NCBI GenBank assembly: GCA_001949185.1
Contig: BDGG01000003.1
Span: 2,483,663 to 2,547,662, forward strand
DNA: 64,000 nt
Direction: 5' to 3'
Origin: Ramazzottius varieornatus
Lineage: Eukaryota; Animalia; Tardigrada
Notes under the pieces: model-generated
Seen by the model: the letters and a program-made list of their open reading frames with translations, nothing else
Database searches by the model: none
What the model was told of the DNA's origin: nothing
Made by a program: the position numbers and the translations under genes
Shown here: one piece after another, positions 61,975 to 64,000 of the stretch
Layout of the letters: the number at the start of each line of letters is the position of its first letter
Position numbering within the stretch: the stretch's first letter is position 1

Positions 61975-63937
61975 TTACCGTCGACGGGCTCCCAGAAAGA
62001 TAGGAGACGGTGTGGCATAATGGGCACTACAGTGTGGAAGGTTAGGGAGGGACGCGTTATCGACCGGTACAGATTGATCACACTCGTTCCGGGATTCCCG
62101 GTGATACTGATGCCTATAGTCAGGCGGAACCTCAGGGTTACTTCGGGTGGTTCGCGCCACGTAACCTGACGTTTCACCATACGATCCCTGAGCTAATGGA
62201 GGAGCAACTGCGACTGGTGGTCCCGTCCTGTCGAAATAGAAGGCGTTATCTGTCATGGTGGACACAATCTCGGAAGTTCCCCATGTGGCCTTCATCACTT
62301 GAGATTAACTCATCAATCTCAAACTTATGGTGGACACAATCTCGGAAGTTCTTCATGTGGCCTTCATCACTTGAGATTAACTCATCAATCTTTGGTCTGT
62401 TTGGCTTTCTCGTTTGGTTCAAAATTCACCGTGTACTAAAATCTGAAATCTAGACTAAAGGTTAAAAGCAAACAGACCAAAGGTCGAACCAGATAGACCA
62501 GTTGGCAGTTGGTTCGACCAATGCTTGGTCTAATCCGCTCTACTCAAACTACATAAAACTGTTTGAGTTTTCAAAATTCAACCTTCGGCTAAACTTACCC
62601 GACGCGGCAACACTGTATCCAATCGACATTGTACTGACTGAGTACCAAACCTACACAGGGTAATAAAATTGTTTTGTCGTATGTTACATTAGCTTCTCTT
62701 ACTTCTTATTACGTCACAGGGCGCGCTCGCCATTAGGCGCAACCGCTGGTGATCACGTCACGTTAGTTGTCATTGATTAATGGTACAGAACCACGTGACC
62801 ACCGGACTTAAGGAATGCATTTTTGACACTGTGTATAATGGGACCTGGGCGAACAGACGTGATAATATCGCCTGCCGAAGTGACGCACGCGCAAGTCAAA
62901 AACGCTGAAAATATGCGTCACTTGGGAAACATCCCAACAAGATCATTTCAAGTGGCGCACGCTTTCTTCGCGGATAACACCGATAATGTCTGCCAGTTAG
63001 ATAAACGATCTTGTCGAGCATGTTTCCCGATCTTTTGTCGTAGGCAGGCCAACCTGGAGCGAAAGGAGTGGTGACGCCACTGGTTCGCGGATTAGGCTTC
63101 TTGGCGATGCCGGTCATGATGTACCCAGTAGTGCAGAAGACTGTGAGGAACTGGAGGGCGTCGTAGTACTCCCAATACTGATCCCGCGTCGGCATGTAGT
63201 AACAGGAGACGTAGTCAATGTAGTAGCCTATATAAAGATGGTGTGTGGACACTCTGGCCAATGTAGCTGTGTGGGCGCCCTGACCTGCCGGCGTCTTGCA
63301 GCACTTGTAGTTCTGTAGGTCGTCCGCAAACGGGATGGTCGTGAGCCAGTTTTCCTCATTGTCCCAGAACGCTAAGGTAAAGGTGACCAGGAGCTCAAAC
63401 ATGACACCAGTGGCTACTGACATCTTACTCACCTGTAACGAAAGTGTTGCTGGTCTTCTCGTGCTGAGACTTATCGTAGCAAAACCATTGGTTCGTGTAG
63501 TTCCGCACGTGGCAGCTGCAAATCACCAAACGGCGCCGTAGTTCGAGAAACGTTGTAAAGCCAGAAGGGTAAGAGAAACACGAACCTTGGGTAGTATGGG
63601 TACACTCCACCAGTTGGCGGCTTCTGAGGAAACCTGAAGCAACAGGTTGAAAGTAGAAGGTGTAGTTGCATTTATTGTATAGACCAAAAACGAGAAGAAC
63701 GAACTCACATGAATCGACACCATACCGTACTCAGTCTCTGAAATGACACCCGGACTATTTTGTGGTTTCAATATGTGACCGGATCTTCCGGATTGAACTG
63801 TATTGTTAGCAAAAGCCGCACCTGACCTCAAAGTCGTCGAACCAGTCCCTTCGTACCGAAAACGGAAAACTTTTGAACAGACCAACACGAAGAGAAACTT
63901 ACTCCACTAATTATAAGGCAAATGTCTTACCCGATGC
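61975..63937 (-). CDS. Uncharacterised Cys/Tyr/Trp-rich protein (3' part only; 5' end lies beyond the window), micro-exon rich
   Basis: GT-AG exons 63937-63931, 63848-63827, 63737-63709, 63633-63586, about 63514-63433, 63370-63284, 63227-63054, 62650-62599 and 62227-61975 join in one frame: ..IGDWFDDFERLSTVWCRFMFPQKPPTGGVYPYYPSCHVRNYTNQWFCYD..FVTAFWD..NYKCCKTPAGYYIDYVSCYYMPTRDQYWEYYD..FCTTGYIMTGIAKKPNP..YNVDWIQCCRVG..*. Confidence 0.75.
62255..62391. repeat. Tandem duplication, two ~65-bp copies with period 72, inside an intron
   Basis: ATGGTGGACACAATCTCGGAAGTTC..CATGTGGCCTTCATCACTTGAGATTAACTCATCAATCT at 62255 and 62327, 2 mismatches. Confidence 0.9.
62876..63015. repeat. Two adjacent family A palindromes (intron of the Cys/Tyr-rich gene)
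   Basis: AAGTGACGCA..TGCGTCACTT (62878-62922) and ACAAGATC..AAGTGGCGCACGCTTTC..GATCTTGT (62937-63014). Confidence 0.7.
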
Positions 63938-64000
63938 CTGAAAAGAAGGATGTAAATAAAGTATGTGCTTGACGCGCAAATCTTGATTCTCAAAATCTGC

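Overview
This is compact, intron-rich eukaryotic DNA, almost certainly from a eutardigrade. It contains a canonical three-exon CAHS desiccation-protein gene; Ramazzottius is a plausible source but cannot be proven from sequence alone. Genes from left to right: an intact TRH-receptor-like GPCR; its tandem pseudogenised paralogue, disrupted by two stops, a frameshift and a MITE; a long-chain acyl-CoA ligase (-); CAHS (-), head-to-head with a 22-kb UBR4/p600 gene (+); a CANT1-type apyrase; an assembly gap flanked by a foldback; HGS/Hrs; an 8-kb nested transposon cluster (CRE-type retroposon tail, two inverted copies of a hAT MITE rich in TATCGATA, a dead hAT transposase, and a THAP-bearing Helitron2-like remnant split by a Tigger/pogo element); an atypical Rab; a stand-alone MTHFD1-type dehydrogenase/cyclohydrolase with a 1-bp frameshift; a c-opsin (-); and a micro-exon-rich Cys/Tyr-rich gene (-) that runs off the right edge. 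The most striking unexplained structure is two families of tiny palindromes found mainly in introns. Family B (8 copies) has conserved 11-bp inverted arms ACCTGCATACA...TGTATGCAGGT separated by a spacer of highly variable sequence but nearly fixed length (28 nt in seven copies, 27 nt in one). Family A (about 15 copies) is an ~80-bp hairpin whose arms show compensatory changes between copies. Most UBR4 introns longer than ~180 bp carry a palindrome, and A and B never share an intron. Gene models and coordinates were built by hand and family assignments come from recalled motifs; no database searches were run.
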